A stretch of 61,909 nucleotides of DNA, filler included. It is 9 parts of 9 records of this genome, joined end to end, with 100 filler letters (N's around TTAATTAATTAA, not from the genome) between each part and the next. Parts side by side here need not be neighbours in the genome. Positions count along the whole stretch, not along the records: positions 56,471 to 61,909 come from SRR31147125_47238; 8 more parts are not named here. One strand, 5' to 3'. A program made the translations under genes and the position numbers. The notes beneath the pieces are model-generated. The model did no database searches, had not been told where the DNA came from, and was given only the letters and a program-made list of their open reading frames with translations. Below, one piece after another: positions 61,525-61,909 of the stretch (the first letter of the stretch is position 1; each line of letters opens with the position of its first letter).

Positions 61525-61909
61525 TCTCTTGTCCTCCATTATCAAGTGATTCTTGCTCTGCTTCTAGTTCCTTATCTTTACGTCTTTTTTCTATATAATT
61601 TTTAACTATTAAAGTAAATGCACTAAAATAAATGATAGCAGATATAATAATATCTATAATATCTGGCGCAAAATTATACAGCTGCATGTAAAAACCACCC
61701 ATGGTTATATAGCCAATAAAAATAGCTGCAAACAATATTCCTATTGGATTAGAAAGCCCAAGCAAAGCTATAGGAATACCCATAAACCCTTCCGAAGCAA
61801 GTGCGTCTATAACAACAATATAAATTCCAGAGCCTGAAAGATAAATAAGCCCACCTGCACATCCAGCTAGTGCACCCGAAATCATCATAGAAAACACAAT
61901 ATTGCGTTT
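61517..61909 (-). CDS. Nucleoside ABC transporter permease, 5' truncated by the window edge
   Basis: SMMISGALAG, GFMGIPIALLG..NPIG. Confidence 0.88.
   Translation of the reverse strand, partial: KRNIVFSMMISGALAGCAGGLIYLSGSGIYIVVIDALASEGFMGIPIALLGLSNPIGILFAAIFIGYITMGGFYMQLYNFAPDIIDIIISAIIYFSAFTLIVKNYIEKRRKDKELEAEQESLDNGGQENE

Noticed and set aside
1848..61909. Link between the nucleoside ABC permeases at both ends of the window
   Set aside because: Different contigs with different base composition; a common family, so coincidental.

Overview
This window is not one locus. It is nine separate contigs joined by eight identical 100-bp artificial spacers (44 N + TTAATTAATTAA + 44 N), so neighbourhood inference is valid only within a contig. 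C1 (1-8342): BMP-family nucleoside ABC importer operon with two tandem nucleoside hydrolases (one absent from the ORF track), plus a PiT/DUF47 phosphate pair. C2 (8443-17110): PAS-PAS-GAF-GAF hybrid histidine kinase, an atypical P1B-type ATPase with no CPx motif, and glgP. C3 (17211-22298): a secreted glycoside hydrolase-like protein and a URO-D/MtaA-family protein. C4 (22399-31005): purF, an uncharacterised radical SAM enzyme, PNP, serB, a GAF-GGDEF protein, a priming sugar transferase, a hidden PilZ gene and a sigma-54 activator without a regulatory domain. C5 (31106-39294): YqaA, YkgJ, LysR, coaD, rsmD, NtrX/NtrY-like pair, DUF4390, lpxC. C6 (39395-45777): nonulosonate/amidino-sugar genes (two cytidylyltransferases, WbuX-HisH-HisF-like) and a divergent pair of paralogous KpsS-like proteins. 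C7 (45878-51057): PadR operon with a double operator, a permease-prefix/HAAS-like protein and an 8-repeat WWP membrane protein. C8 (51158-56370): large BACON-like/VWA surface proteins. C9 (56471-61909): EFR1 flavodoxin-ferredoxin, ilvE, transglutaminase-like protein, tdk and nucleoside ABC permeases. Ten genes or junctions, including lpxC, are split by small indels, nearly all in homopolymer runs; these look like sequencing errors rather than pseudogenes. I saw no rRNA, tRNA, CRISPR array or transposase. The best candidates for something under-described are the PadR/WWP-repeat system, the purF-rSAM-variant PNP cluster, the GGDEF-glycosyltransferase-PilZ-bEBP module and the Cys-cluster KpsS-like paralogue pair. 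All family calls come from motif recognition, not database searches.
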